57,688 bases of DNA from an uncultured delta proteobacterium. GTDB taxonomy: Bacteria; Desulfobacterota; Binatia; Bin18. The position numbers were made by a program, and so were the translations under genes. The notes beneath the pieces were generated by a model, which saw only the letters and a list, made by a program, of their open reading frames with translations, was not told where the DNA came from and ran no database searches. Numbering within the stretch: position 1 is the stretch's first letter; every line of letters starts with the position of its first letter. Shown here piece after piece: positions 22,474 through 34,542 of this stretch. The stretch covers positions 1 through 57,688 of the forward strand of contig CAVTCR010000014.1 of the NCBI GenBank assembly GCA_963733195.1. The letters are read 5' to 3'.

Positions 22474-22547
22474 AAGTGAGAGTGTAAAGCGTAAAACGTA
22501 AACCCAGAGGTGAGGGATTATTCGTTCCGTTCCACGGAGGGTGACGT

Positions 22548-23626
22548 ATGGCAATGCAAGCTGGAATCCGCACACAGGAAGTGAATCCCGCGAAATTGGG
22601 CATGCTGTATCGCAAAGAGTTCGAACTGAGCCGAGTGCAACCGGGAGAAACCGTGGTCTTGCTTACTGACCTCTCGACCGGCGAGAGATGTGGAGGCATC
22701 ATTCGCTGCGGCAGACGAACTCGGGGCAGATGTGTACGAGATGTGCGTCAACTCACTCCCTTCGTGGACCAAGGTGGGGGTGCCAACGGTTGGCAAAGCG
22801 AAGGGCACACTGGCAGCCGTCAAGGCCGCGGATCTGATCGTCTGTTTCCATGTCCCGCTCTTTACCGCCTGGTTGAAAGAAGTTCTCACCGGCGGTTCGC
22901 GGGTGTTAATGATTATCGACGGGCCGGATGAATTGGAGCAGTTGATGTCGCCTCCCGGTCTCAAAGAAGCCGTGGTGTATGCCCACCAGCGATTAGCACG
23001 GACGCGGGAAGCGCGGGTGCTCAGTGAGGGTGGCACTGATCTGCGCTATCAGTGTGGGGAATATCCGGTCATGAGTCAGTATGGGTTCGCGGATGAACGG
23101 GGGCATTTCGACCATGGGGTGCGGGTCATGTGCATACCTTCCCGAATGAAGGATCAGCCAATGGCACGGTGGTCTTGCAGCCGGGCGATATCGTCATCCT
23201 ACCCTACTGTCGGTATGTCCAAGACCCGGTGCGACTTGAGATTCATGATGGCTCATCACCAACATTGAGGGAGGTCTCGACGCCAAACTCATGGCCGAGT
23301 GGTTGGCCGATAATAAACGACACCCCGACGATAGAGATCCGTACGCCGTCTCGCACCTCGGGTGGGGGTTAAATCCGCAAGCCTTGTGGTACGGGATCGC
23401 GCTCTCTGGGGACGCGCCCGAACGGAGTCGCGCGGCGGCCCGGACCTTCCCTGGCAATTTTCTGTTTTCTACTGGGCCTAACACCCAGGGAGGAGGAAAG
23501 CGGAATACGTTGGGACACTACGATGTGCCAATGCGCGACTGCACGGTGAGCCTCGACAACGAAGTGATTATCGAGCGTGGCAAATTGGTCGACAATAAAA
23601 TGAGAGTCTCACGTGTAGCACGCTGA
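22548..23626 (+). CDS. NicX (2,5-dihydroxypyridine dioxygenase)/thermophilic metalloprotease M29-like protein (frameshifted)
   Basis: GTDL, QYGFADERGHFDH, FPNEGSANG, SHLGWGLNP, FLFSTGPN..GG.R.T.GHYDVPMRDC. Confidence 0.75.
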
Positions 23627-23675
23627 ATCGAACCAATAGATTCGATGGGGAGGCTAATCATAACCGAGTCTACTC

Positions 23676-23876
23676 TCAGCTGTCTGACTCTCGATCGTTC
23701 TCAGACTCCTCACGCATCAGTCGGTCCAGCTCCTCTGGTCGCATTCTCTGGACAAGACGCTCAATCTTTCGATCATAACGGCGGTCATTGGGGTCGATGG
23801 TCTTGTACGCCTTTCGGGCGTACTGACGTAAGAAGGCTCCTAGCTCTTGAGTTAGTTTCTTGCCCCGCTTACTCAC
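23676..23876 (-). CDS. Small basic hypothetical protein
   Basis: 66 aa; FLRQYARKA..DPNDRRYDRKIE..MRPEELDRLMR looks like a natural protein. Confidence 0.55.
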   Translation of the reverse strand: MSKRGKKLTQELGAFLRQYARKAYKTIDPNDRRYDRKIERLVQRMRPEELDRLMREESENDRESDS

Positions 23877-24235
23877 TTGGTCTTATCTCTCCATTTCCGT
23901 CTAACTTCATGGCTGCATCAATGTTATTAACCTGTTTTCTCATTACTATTTTACCTCATCTCTCACAAGATTAACGTTAGGCGCGGAAGTCGAAGATCGC
24001 TAGGCTGACAAAATTGGTAAGGTTTCTGTTGTCCGAAGAGTAAGAATTTCCGGACGGTAAGAAAAAGCCATCCGCTTGGAGCGAATTATCTGTTCCCTGG
24101 CTCTCCAATACCGAAGTTCGTCCCTTGGTTCCTTAGCTCGACGTATTAGTGCATGCCAGGTGATAAGCGGCGGTTTTTATGTTAACGATTCCCTGACCAC
24201 TAAAACGACCTGACCATTATACGGAGGGTACGAAC

Positions 24236-26008
24236 ATGGAGAAGTCACAGGGGGTCCCGGAGGCCCAAACCATAGGCGCCTTTAACCCGTTGCGGCAGCC
24301 CGCAAAGCCGCAAACATACTACGAGAGCATCAAGCAGAAGTTCGCCGAGGAACGCGACCTGAGGCTGAAATACCGACCGGAAGGCACGGCACAGTACACG
24401 TCCGACCTCACGGGGTTGCTGGAGAAGTACGAGGGCGACCCCTACGGCGGCGAGATCACGCCCCGTGAGCCCATCAACGATACTGTCGAATGTCTGTTCA
24501 TCGGTGGTGGGTTTTCCGCGCTCCTCACGTCCGCGCGGCTGCGAGAGGTTGGTGTCGAGAGCATCCGCATCGTGGAGAGGGGAGCGGACGTGGGTGGCAC
24601 ATGGTACTGGAACCGGTACCCCGGTGTAGCGTGCGATGTGCCATCCTATGATTATCTCCCCCTGCTCGACGAGATGGATTATGTGCCCAAGGACCGCTAC
24701 GCCAAGGGCTCTGAGATCTACGCCCACTGCCGAGCCATCGCCAAGAAGTACAACCTGTACGAACTGGCGGTCTTCCAGACCACTGTCACCTCCACCGTGT
24801 GGAACGAAGCTGAACAGATGTGGCACCTTACCACGGACCGGGGCGATCACATGAAGGCACGGTTTGTGATCTGCGCTAATGGCACGCTCTCTAAACCCAA
24901 GCTGGCCAAAATCAAAGGCATGGAGTCCTTCAAAGGGCACTCCTTTCACACCTCGCGCTGGGACTACGACTACACCAAGCAGGATCTGTCGGGCCTAGCA
25001 GACAAAGTTGTGGGCATCATCGGCACGGGGGCGACGGCGATCCAGGCCATTCCCGGCCTCGGCGCAATGTCCAAAGAGCTGTACGTGTTCCAACGCACCC
25101 CCTCATCTATTGACGTTCGCAACGACTGGGCCACCGATCCCAACTGGGCGCGGAGACTGCAACCAGGGTGGCAGGCCAAGCGGCGTGCTCGTGCGTTGAT
25201 GGAACCGCAGTTAACCGATGAGCAGAAGGCGAAGCTGGCTGCCATGTCGCGTGAGGAGAAGATCCACCGACAGGAAAACGCCAACATCGATCATATGATG
25301 AGGATCCACCAGCGCATTGAAGAGATCGTGAAGGACAAGGCAACAGCCGAGTCGCTCAAGCCGTGGTACATGTTCATGTGCAAGCGCCCGTGCTTCCACG
25401 ATGAGTACCTCCCCACCTTCAACCGGCCTAATGTCCATCTGATCGATACCAAGGGTAAAGGTATTACTGAGATCACTGAGAAGGGGCCAGTCTTTGAGGG
25501 TAAACAATACGAACTCGACGTTCTCATCTATGCCACGGGCTTTGAGGTACAGAAGACGGGTATTTACAACCAGATTAAGGGACAACTTAGCCTCGACCTC
25601 AATGATAAATACAGTGAAGGCATCCGTACCCTCGTGGGCATCCATTCACAGGGATATCCTAACCTCTTCATCATGGGCGGCTACCAAGCTTCATTTCAGT
25701 TCAACTTAACCGACATGTTGCAGACTCAGGGCGACCACATCGCCGCGTGCATCGATTACGCACGCCGCAATGGCTACCAGTCGATGGACGCCACCGCAGA
25801 GGCCGAGGAGTGGTGGGTGCAGGAAGTTATCAAGCACCGCGGCAAGACCACCCGCAACCATGACTGCACTCCGGGTTACTACAACTTCGAGGGTGAATCC
25901 AATCGCAGGCAGGACGGCAACTACAACGGCGGCTTCCGCCAGTATTTTACCCACATGAAGGAGGTGAGGGCGAAGATGGAAGAGCACTTCGTCTTCACGA
26001 AGAAGTAA
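24236..26008 (+). CDS. Baeyer-Villiger monooxygenase
   Basis: GGGFSA, GGTWYWNRYPG, BVMO fingerprint FKGHSFHTSRW, GTGATA, ATGF. Confidence 0.92.
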   Translation: MEKSQGVPEAQTIGAFNPLRQPAKPQTYYESIKQKFAEERDLRLKYRPEGTAQYTSDLTGLLEKYEGDPYGGEITPREPINDTVECLFIGGGFSALLTSARLREVGVESIRIVERGADVGGTWYWNRYPGVACDVPSYDYLPLLDEMDYVPKDRYAKGSEIYAHCRAIAKKYNLYELAVFQTTVTSTVWNEAEQMWHLTTDRGDHMKARFVICANGTLSKPKLAKIKGMESFKGHSFHTSRWDYDYTKQDLSGLADKVVGIIGTGATAIQAIPGLGAMSKELYVFQRTPSSIDVRNDWATDPNWARRLQPGWQAKRRARALMEPQLTDEQKAKLAAMSREEKIHRQENANIDHMMRIHQRIEEIVKDKATAESLKPWYMFMCKRPCFHDEYLPTFNRPNVHLIDTKGKGITEITEKGPVFEGKQYELDVLIYATGFEVQKTGIYNQIKGQLSLDLNDKYSEGIRTLVGIHSQGYPNLFIMGGYQASFQFNLTDMLQTQGDHIAACIDYARRNGYQSMDATAEAEEWWVQEVIKHRGKTTRNHDCTPGYYNFEGESNRRQDGNYNGGFRQYFTHMKEVRAKMEEHFVFTKK

Positions 26009-26145
26009 GCAGTTGACGATGGCAGGCACAGCCTGCCCTACTCTGAACCCACAAAGACGCGAGGGCGGGCTGCGCCCGCCACAGCGCATTTATCACAACT
26101 TAAAGGCAGATCTTGGCTTTTGGGCTGTGAAGCGGCGGATTGGGG

Positions 26146-26270
26146 TTCCTTCTCCCTCCAGGGAGAAGGCCAGGATGAGGGGAAGAGAGAAGAAACGTCT
26201 TCCTTTTTGATCCCCTCACCTTTACCTCCTCCGACTACGCGAAGGACAAGCTCTCCCGGTGGGAGAGGAA
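26146..26270. repeat. REP-like palindromic element, second copy
   Basis: Same architecture as 2170-2291; 36 bp identical (26224-26259 = 2245-2280); lies between convergent genes. Confidence 0.75.
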
Positions 26271-26322
26271 CTTGCTGCCCAACAAACGACGACGCGCTCC
26301 AGTAATGACCAGGTGCACTCGC

Positions 26323-27526
26323 TTACTTCCACACTCCGGACGCGTTCGACTGATACCCTAACGCGCGGTACGTCGCATCGACTAAACTTTGCCCACGATC
26401 GTAACTAACATTCCAGAACCCATACGATTCATCGTATAGCCAAACGACATTTCGGCTTTTGGATCGGCAAAGCCAAATGAGCCTCCCGCACCGACATGAC
26501 CAAAGGCATCCTCAGCCATGATGGCACTTTCGCGCACGCCAGCGGGCGCTCGACGGTTGTCCATCGATTTCATGAAGCCAAGTGAGAACCGGCTTGGCAT
26601 GACCAGTACGGCGTCCCTACCTGTAGCAGAGGCCACTAACGCCATCCGTGTCAAATGTCTGGAGTCACCAATTGTAACGCCTTTAAGTGTTCCTCCGCAG
26701 GCGAGTGGCGCATACATGCCTGCCAAGCCGCGTGCGTTGGTGATGCCACCAGCTCCCCAATCTCCGCGGCATGGGCTGCGCGAAAGTCATACTCTGGTTT
26801 CGCACCCATGTAGCCCCCCGAGTTGAGAATAGCAAGCGAGGAAGAACCCGGTTTGCTCATTTCCTGATACAAGAGGCTGTCAGGATCTGGCGCGGCGGCG
26901 ATCATCGGCGCAACCCGCGACTCTTTGTCTTCCGGCAAACCGATCCAGAAATCTAACCCCAGCGGTTTGGCGACTTCATCCTGAAAGAAGGTTCCGAGCG
27001 ACTTACCAGAGACACGCCGGACAACTTCTCCTACCAGCCAACCAATCGTCAACGCATGATAGCCATTCCGTGTGCCAGGTTCCCAAAACGGCGCTTCTTT
27101 GGCGAGCGCGTTCACCATCAGATCCCAGTTGGCGTAAGCTCCCTGTGGTAATGGCTCTCGCACCGCTGGGAGGCCAGCTTGATGGTTCAGGAGCATTTTC
27201 ACCGGTATCTGTTCTTTGCCTGACTGCGCAAACTCCGGCCAGTATTTTACGACTGGCGCATCGAGATCGAGTTTCCCACGTGACGCCAGTATGTGGGCAC
27301 AGAGGGCAGTCGCACCTTTGGTTGACGAGAAGACAATACTGATCGTGTCCGCTGTCCAAGGCGTCTGGGTCTCGGGACGCGCCATACCGCCCCACAGGTC
27401 CACCACTGTCTCGCCACGCACTGTGATACATACCGATGCACCGACTTCTCCGCGCTCGCGAAAATTCCGTTCAAATTCCTGTCGTACAGATTGAAACTTC
27501 GGATCACATGAGCCATGAACTTCCAT
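26323..27526 (-). CDS. Serine hydrolase, beta-lactamase-related esterase (frameshifted)
   Basis: SxxK (FSSTK), LLNHQAGLP, YHALT, FGHVGAGGS. Confidence 0.88.
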
Positions 27527-27637
27527 GCTTTTTTCTCCTCCTTACTTTGCTTGAACCGTCTCCCTACAGACGTTCTTTACGTTTATCGTTCTTGCCACTG
27601 CAAGTTAGAGCCTCTGATGCCGAGATAGGCGTCAATT

Positions 27638-27904
27638 TCACAATCCAATCACCTTAAATGGCATCCACGCGACTCGTTGATAAAACAGCAGCGTCCTGTG
27701 TAATCGGGCGTAGGCTTGTACCCGTGCCGTCCCGTCACGCGCGCGGCGACACGCGGGTAGCCACCCGCCAATGTCTTCTTCAATCGTTATAATTGTTGTT
27801 GCCACCGCATCTGTGGGGGACAAGGCGTGTAGGTGCTGAAGGACGGTCGGGTGCGCTTGCTGCACGAATCCGACAATATCGGTATCGAGAATGTAAGCGC
27901 TCAT
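27638..27904 (-). pseudogene. PIN-domain (VapC-like) toxin, C-terminally incomplete
   Basis: YILDTD..TTIITIEE; only 88 aa, and the later conserved acidic motifs are absent. Confidence 0.65.
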
Positions 27905-28206
27905 GCGGCAGCGGTGCGCTGCTGCTGCCGTTTGGCAGCGAGGTCGGCGAAATGCTGGCTCTGGTCCTGATCTCCCTCGAAGGTTCCAGCCGCATCAAGC
28001 CACGCTTGTGCACTGCCGAGGTGCAGCGCAGGTAAATCAACCTCGATAGTAGCCACTGCGACCCGCGATAAATAAGACGCTGCCTCTTGCCGTGCTCCCT
28101 TGAGCGCTTCCTCCAGAGTGGTCCCTTCAGCCGAGAGCCCTGGTAAGCTAGGTATCTGTGCCCTGTAGAGCCCATTTTCGCATTCTACGATGACAGTATA
28201 TCTCAT
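27901..28206 (-). CDS. HicB-like antitoxin
   Basis: YTVIVE..YRAQIPSLPGLSAEGTTLEEAL; overlaps the PIN gene by ATGA. Confidence 0.8.
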   Translation of the reverse strand: MRYTVIVECENGLYRAQIPSLPGLSAEGTTLEEALKGARQEAASYLSRVAVATIEVDLPALHLGSAQAWLDAAGTFEGDQDQSQHFADLAAKRQQQRTAAA

Positions 28207-28267
28207 AACACTGGTCGTCCTTTTGATTAGTATAACCCTTACGGTCTCTGTCGTTAATCCTACTCCA

Positions 28268-31200
28268 TCATCTTAGTTCGTCGAGCAGCGCCTTCGCCTC
28301 TTGCAAGTCTTTGGTATCAAACCCTTCAGTGAACCAACCGTATACGTCCGACAACAGCTTGTGAGCTTCTTTGTGCTTACCTTGTTGCTGCCATAGGCGC
28401 GCGAGGCTGGTTGCGGTGCGTAATTCCCAGGACTTTGCCTGTTGCTGGCGTGCCCAGTCGAGTGAAGCGAGATAGTTTTGCTCTGCGCCGTCGAGGTCGC
28501 CTTGGAGCGAAAGCATCCAGCCCTTGAGCCGCAGGATTTCGGCCAGGTGACGACGCTCCTCCCAGCCCGGCCGCGCAATCTGCCTAAGACTCTCTTCGAT
28601 CAACCGCAATCCGCTCGCGCTATCACCGCTCAACGCCAGGCCTTCGGCCAGGACCGCTCGCCAGTACGGCATACAAATCTCGTTGCCATGCGCGTTCCAC
28701 GTTTCCAGTGCACCCCGCAACTGCGGAATGCCCTCGGCGAGGCGCCCGGCCCGCAGCCAGGCGAGACCCTTCAACAGCTGCGCCAGCACGTCCGAGATAA
28801 AGGGCAGACTATGCGCGCGGCCCAGCCGCTCGGCCTCCTCGGCCCGCGCCAGCAGCTGCGCGGGTTCGCAGCGGAAATCCCAAACCTGGCTACCCAGAGT
28901 GAGCGCAAAGCCGAGGTCGAAGGGGTGGCCGCACCGGCGTGCGTGCGCATCGTTGGCCTCGCAGCACCTGCACCGCACGATCCGGATAGCCCAGCATCCA
29001 GGTCCCAGGGAGATGAAGATGCCGACAGACGTTTTCGGGTCGATGTTCATAAGGTCCGCGAGGTGGCGGTGCTGCTCCTCGTCATACAGCGCCATCACTC
29101 TGTCGCCATGCACGCGGGACTGGGTCAAATCTCCCCGCCAATAGTGGGTCACGCATGCCGCCCGGTGTGCCACGAGCAACAGATCCGGATCGCCACTGGC
29201 TTCCGCCGTCGCCAGCATTTCATTGACCCAGTCGAGGGATTCAGCGATGCGGCCCTGGACCAGCACGCTGTTCCACAGTCCGTAGTAGATCGGCAGTAAC
29301 GCCTCGTGGCGACCGAGGGCCTTGGCCAACCCCAGCGCCGGGTGGAGGCTGGTCCACACCTCAGGCGCTCACCAGCCTTTGAGCGCCATCCAGGCCGTAC
29401 CAAGCGGCGTGCGCAGGTCCAGTTCTTTCCCGTCGCGCTCCGGGGACGGCGGCAGCGTGCCGATCAGCTCCATGCCCTGGTTCAGGTGCGCAATCGCTTC
29501 CTTCAGCGCCAAACGTTTGAGGGCCAGCGTGCCCGCCTGCTGCCAGAACGGGATCGCCGCCGCGGCCTGCCCCGCCGCCGTCAGGTGATGCGCCAGCAGC
29601 TCAGGTTCGGTGGCGGTGGTCTGCGGGAAGTCTGCTGCGAGCACCCGCGCGATCGTGGCATGCAGCTCTTGTCTACGGCTCTTCAACAGCGAGTCATAGG
29701 CCGCATCCTGCACCAGCGCGTGTTTGAAGGTGTAGGTCCGCTTCGGGCGGGATGCCGCGCCGGAACACCAGACCAGAGTCGGTCAAATGTTCGAGCGCGC
29801 GATCAAGCTCGGGCTTGGGTATGGGAGTCACCGCAGCCAGCAGCGTCGTAGCTGAACTCCCGCCCGATCGCCGCGCCTATCTGCGCGATCTCTTTGGCGG
29901 CCCCAAGCCGATCCAGTCGAGCCATCAGAGCATCCTGCAGCGTTGCAGGAATTGCGAGTTGGAGGGGCGAGCCGGCGCGACTCGTTCGACTCCCTAGACT
30001 CGCTTGACTCAATGGACTCCAAGACGGTTTTCGTCAATTCTTCCACAAACAACGGCACGCCGTCCGTCTTACTCAGAATCTGTCTGTACAGCTCCGGCAG
30101 TGCCTTCCCGCTGGTGAGCTTGGCGACGATCGCACCACTTTGCGCACGCGTAAGCTTGGAGAGATTCAACGCCGTCACATGCCCATGCCGCGACCAGCGC
30201 GACTGAAACTCAGGCCGATGCGTGAGCACGATCAGCAGCGGGGTGGTTCTCACCCGGTCGATCAGCAGATCGAGCACTTCCAGGCTGGTGGGATCGGCCC
30301 AGTGCGCATCCTCGAACAGCATCACTGTGGGCTGTTTCCTGGCGGCCGCTTCGGTAAGATCGACCAAGCTCCGCAGCGTCTCGTCCTTGTGTTTCTGCGG
30401 TGTCATCGCCAGCGCCCCGTACCGTTCCTCACACGGAATCGACAGCATCGCGGCGAGGAAACGCACGTCCTCAAGCGGCCGGCCATAGTGAGTGACAATC
30501 AACGCTTCGAGCTTGTCGAGCTTAGACTCAGGCGTCTCGTCGCGACCGAACTTCAGCGCGCGTTCAAAGTTGTCGATGATCGGATAGAGTGCACTGTTGA
30601 CGTGATAGGGCGAACACTGGAAGCGCAGCGTGCCTACACCTTCTGCCCTTCCAGCCGCTCCAGGAGCACACTCACGATCCGACTCTTGCCAATGCCCGGC
30701 TCGCCCGACAAGAGTACGACTTGCCCTTCGGTATCCTGCGCCAACTGCCAGCGCTCCAGCAGCATCGCGATTTCATGTTCGCGTCCGACTAATGGCGTCA
30801 GTCCTGCCTGGGTCGCCGCCTCGAAGCGACTCTGCGCCGCACTTTCCCGCACGACACGGTACAGCGTTAGTGGAGCAGTGACCCCTTTCAGTAATTGAGC
30901 CCCCAGATCCTGATACTCAAACACTCCTTGCACAAGGCGACGCGTGGCCGCGCTGATCACCACTTCATCTGGGCTGGCTTGTCCCTGGATGCGGGCCGCG
31001 ATGTTTGGCGTCTCACCTAGGGCTAGCATCTCTCGCTTCTCGCTGCTGCCGATCTCGCCGATGACTACAAGGCCGGTGTGAATGCCAATGCGGACTTGAA
31101 GTCTCCTCTGACTTGCCCCGCTGCCAAATCGCGCTCCGCGATCGGCCTCCCTCACCACTCGCGCTCTCGTGCTCCCCCTTAGAGGGAGAGGGAGAAAAGC

Positions 31201-31782
31201 GTCTCCGGGGGAGAGGGACCTTCTTTTGGAGGGCGGTAATAATCTCCAACCCCGCTCGTACTGCCCGCGCGGCATCATCTTCGTGTGCGACGGGATAGCC
31301 AAAGTAGACGAGCAGACCGTCGCCGAGATACTGGGCAATGTGTCCGTCGTACCGCTGGATTACCTCCGCACAGGTCTGCTGATACTGTCGTACGACCTCA
31401 CGCAGTTCTTCGGGATCAAGTTGGGCTGACAATGCCGTCGAGTCTACCAAATCACAGAACAGTACGGTCAACTGCCGCCGCTCGGCGGCAGCGTCTAGGG
31501 TCTGGCGTTAGGGGCTAGGGTCTGAAACTGGACTGGAAGCTCGCCACTTGCTCCCTCTGACTCTCGACTCTGGACTCTAGACTCCAGACTGTTGTTGCCG
31601 ATCCATACGAGCACGGCACCGTCTTCATCGGTTGCTAGCCGCTTAGCTTTGATGATCTCTTCTTTCAGATCTTCGATATACTCGTTGTCCAGGTCAAACT
31701 CGCGCTTGAGGGCTCGATAGGAGATCCGCCCTTGGCGTTGGAGCATCACGAGGACCTGTTCTACTACTTCTGAGAACTTCAT
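28268..31782 (-). CDS. Class III cyclase - AAA ATPase - TPR protein, copy 2 (multiple frameshifts)
   Basis: [55 protein letters not shown]. Confidence 0.85.
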
Positions 31783-32007
31783 TGTCTACATTATGACTCT
31801 ATATGAATTTTCTCTGCATCTCTTCACGGATTTTCGCACTTGTCGCTGCTGTGTTATGAGTAGGCTTATTGCACTCACCTTTACGCCCTTTTGCCTCATG
31901 CTCGCAAGAGTAATGCAAGACTCTGTGTCAAACGTTTCCTGTCTCATTGCAGTATGACCTGGAGTTCTGTATAGCCCAAAGACGATAAGACGCACTTTGG
32001 AGGGGAC

Positions 32008-34431
32008 ATGTCTATGCAAGGACTGGAGGGTGTGAAAGTCCTGGAACTCGGGGACCAGGTGTCGGCAGCCTATGCGACGAAGATCATGGCCGATCTTGGA
32101 GCTGATGTCATCAAAGTAGAAGAGCCCAACGGCGATCATGCCCGGCGGCGTGGCCCCTTTCCCAAGGGAGTCGTTGATCCTGAACAAAGCGGGCTGTTTC
32201 TCTATCTTAATACCAACAAGCGTGGCTGTACGTGTGACCTTGGTCGCGAGAAAGACACGTTGAGGCACTTGGTAGCCTGGGCGGATATCCTGGTCCACAA
32301 CTATCCACCTGCTCAGATGGTTACCCTTGGCATTGACTACAACACTTTTCGTGAGATCAATCCGCGTTTGGTGATGACCTCGATTACGCCTTTTGGACTG
32401 ACTGGACCGCATAAGGACTATAAGGCTTATGAACTGACAATTGCCCACGGCGGTGGGCTGGGCATGGCTCAGTCCTGGCGGCTCAGATCGTCCAGACTTA
32501 CCGCCACTAAAAGCCGCGGGACATCAGGCGGATTTTCAAGGTGGAGTAGCTGCGGCCACTGTGACGCTCGCTGCTTATTACCGAGCCCTGCAGACAGGGC
32601 AGGGCGAACACATTGACTTTTCCACGCAGGCTTACATTACGTCATTTGTCGATGTGAGTGCGCCGAATTACACTTATCAGGGGCAGGTAGCGACGCGCTT
32701 GGGAAAACGGGTCTTGTCGCCGTGGGGGATTTATCCATGCCAGGATGGACTCATGTTTATCGTGGTCGGAGAAGAAGACCAATGGCAGCGGCTCGTGGCC
32801 TTGATGGGCAATCCAGAATGGGCGACTTGGGACATCTTCCAGGGGCTCGCCAACCGCAACGCGAACCAGGACATGTTAGACCACTATCTCACCGAATGGA
32901 CCACGGGATGGAAAGTCGAGGAGCTGTTTCATGCGGCGCAGGCCCAGCGCATTTGCTTTGCGCCGGTCTTTTCTATGGCCCAACTTGCTCGACAGGAGCA
33001 TCTGCATGCACGTCAGTTTTTTGTTGATGTCACTCACAGTCGGGCGGGGACGCTCACACAGCTTGGTGCACCTTATCAGCTGCACGAACCTTGGTGGCAG
33101 ATTCGCCGGCCCGCGCCGTTGTTAGGTGAACATAATGCGAAAGTTTCGAGACGAGTTTCAGGCAAGTCCAGACAAGTCCAGCGCAAGTCGACAAACAGGA
33201 CGCCCAACTCTTCGGGCCCACCTTCCCCTCGAAGGCGTCCGCGTTGCCGATTTTAGTTGGGTCTGGGCAGGTCCGTTTTGTGCCATGCATCTTGCGCATC
33301 TTGGTGCGGAGGTCATCAAGATCGAGTCGCAAGTGCACCTCGATCTCGCTCGACGTCTTATCTACTACCCCAAAGATATGGAACCAGGGGTGAACCGCTG
33401 CGCGCTATTCAACCAATGGGGCCAGGGGAAGAAAAGTCTGTTGTTGAATCTCACCTCCGAAAAGGGTCTCGCTATTGTCAAAGAACTGATCGCGAAGAGT
33501 GACGTGGTGCTGCAGAACTTTGCTACGGGTGTGATGGACGGTTTCGGGCTAGGGTATGACGAACTCAAAAAGATCAAGCCCGACATCATTATGGCGTCGA
33601 TCTCAGGCTACGGACATACCGGACCAAATCGCAATTATATGGCATATGGTCCAGCCATTCCGCCGGTGGCCGGTTTATCCTCGATTACGGGCTACGAGGG
33701 AGGGCCACCACAAGAAGTCGGTATGGCGTATGGAGACCCAACCTCTGGCATTCATGCTGCGGTAGCTATCTGCGCAGCTCTGGCGGCACGAAAGCGCACA
33801 GGGCGTGGTCAGCACATAGATGTCTCGTTATGGGAATCAGTTGCCGCGCTTATCCCTGAAGGATGGATGGAGTACGCCATGAATAAGACACAAGCGCAGC
33901 GACAAGGCAATCGCGATCCATGGATGGCACCGCACAATTGTTTCCGTTGCCTTGGCGATGATGAATGGGTGACGATAGCTTGCGGGACTGATGCCGAGTG
34001 GCATGCATTATGTCAGACGATCGGCCAGCCACAACTTGCGAATGATGCACGATTTTGTACTGCCACAGCGCGTAAAGCCAATGAAGATGTCTTGGATCAG
34101 ATTCTTACAGAGTGGACGGTAACGCGAGAAAAGTGGGCTGTGACTCACAGTTTGCAGGCAGTTGGTGTGGCAGCGTTTCCGTCGATGAACGGCAAAGATT
34201 TGGTTGAAGATCCGCATCTGAATGCGCGTGGATTTTTTGTGCGGCTGGCGCATCCGGAAGTCGGCGTACGAACACACATGGGCATACCCTGGCTGCTGAC
34301 TAACGCTCCGAATGGCGTGCGTAGTCCAGCCCCATTGCTCGGCCAGGATACCGACCAAGTCATGCACGATGTCCTTGGCTATTCAGCACAACAGATTGCT
34401 CAATCTCAAAGCCGAGCGGGTGTTGTATTGA
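32008..34431 (+). CDS. Double-domain family III CoA-transferase (CaiB/BaiF; frameshifted)
   Basis: Two LEGV(K/R)V..LGA(D/E)VIK(V/I)E units, each ending PAPLLG(E/Q). Confidence 0.88.
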
Positions 34432-34542
34432 TTGCCGTCAATATTGCCGGGTGATTCTTCACCCGGCTCCTGTTTAGATTACTCCTGAGGCGTGTGGGTT
34501 ATCGTGAACGGTTACCTTGTCGTATGCAAAGGAGGGCGACAG

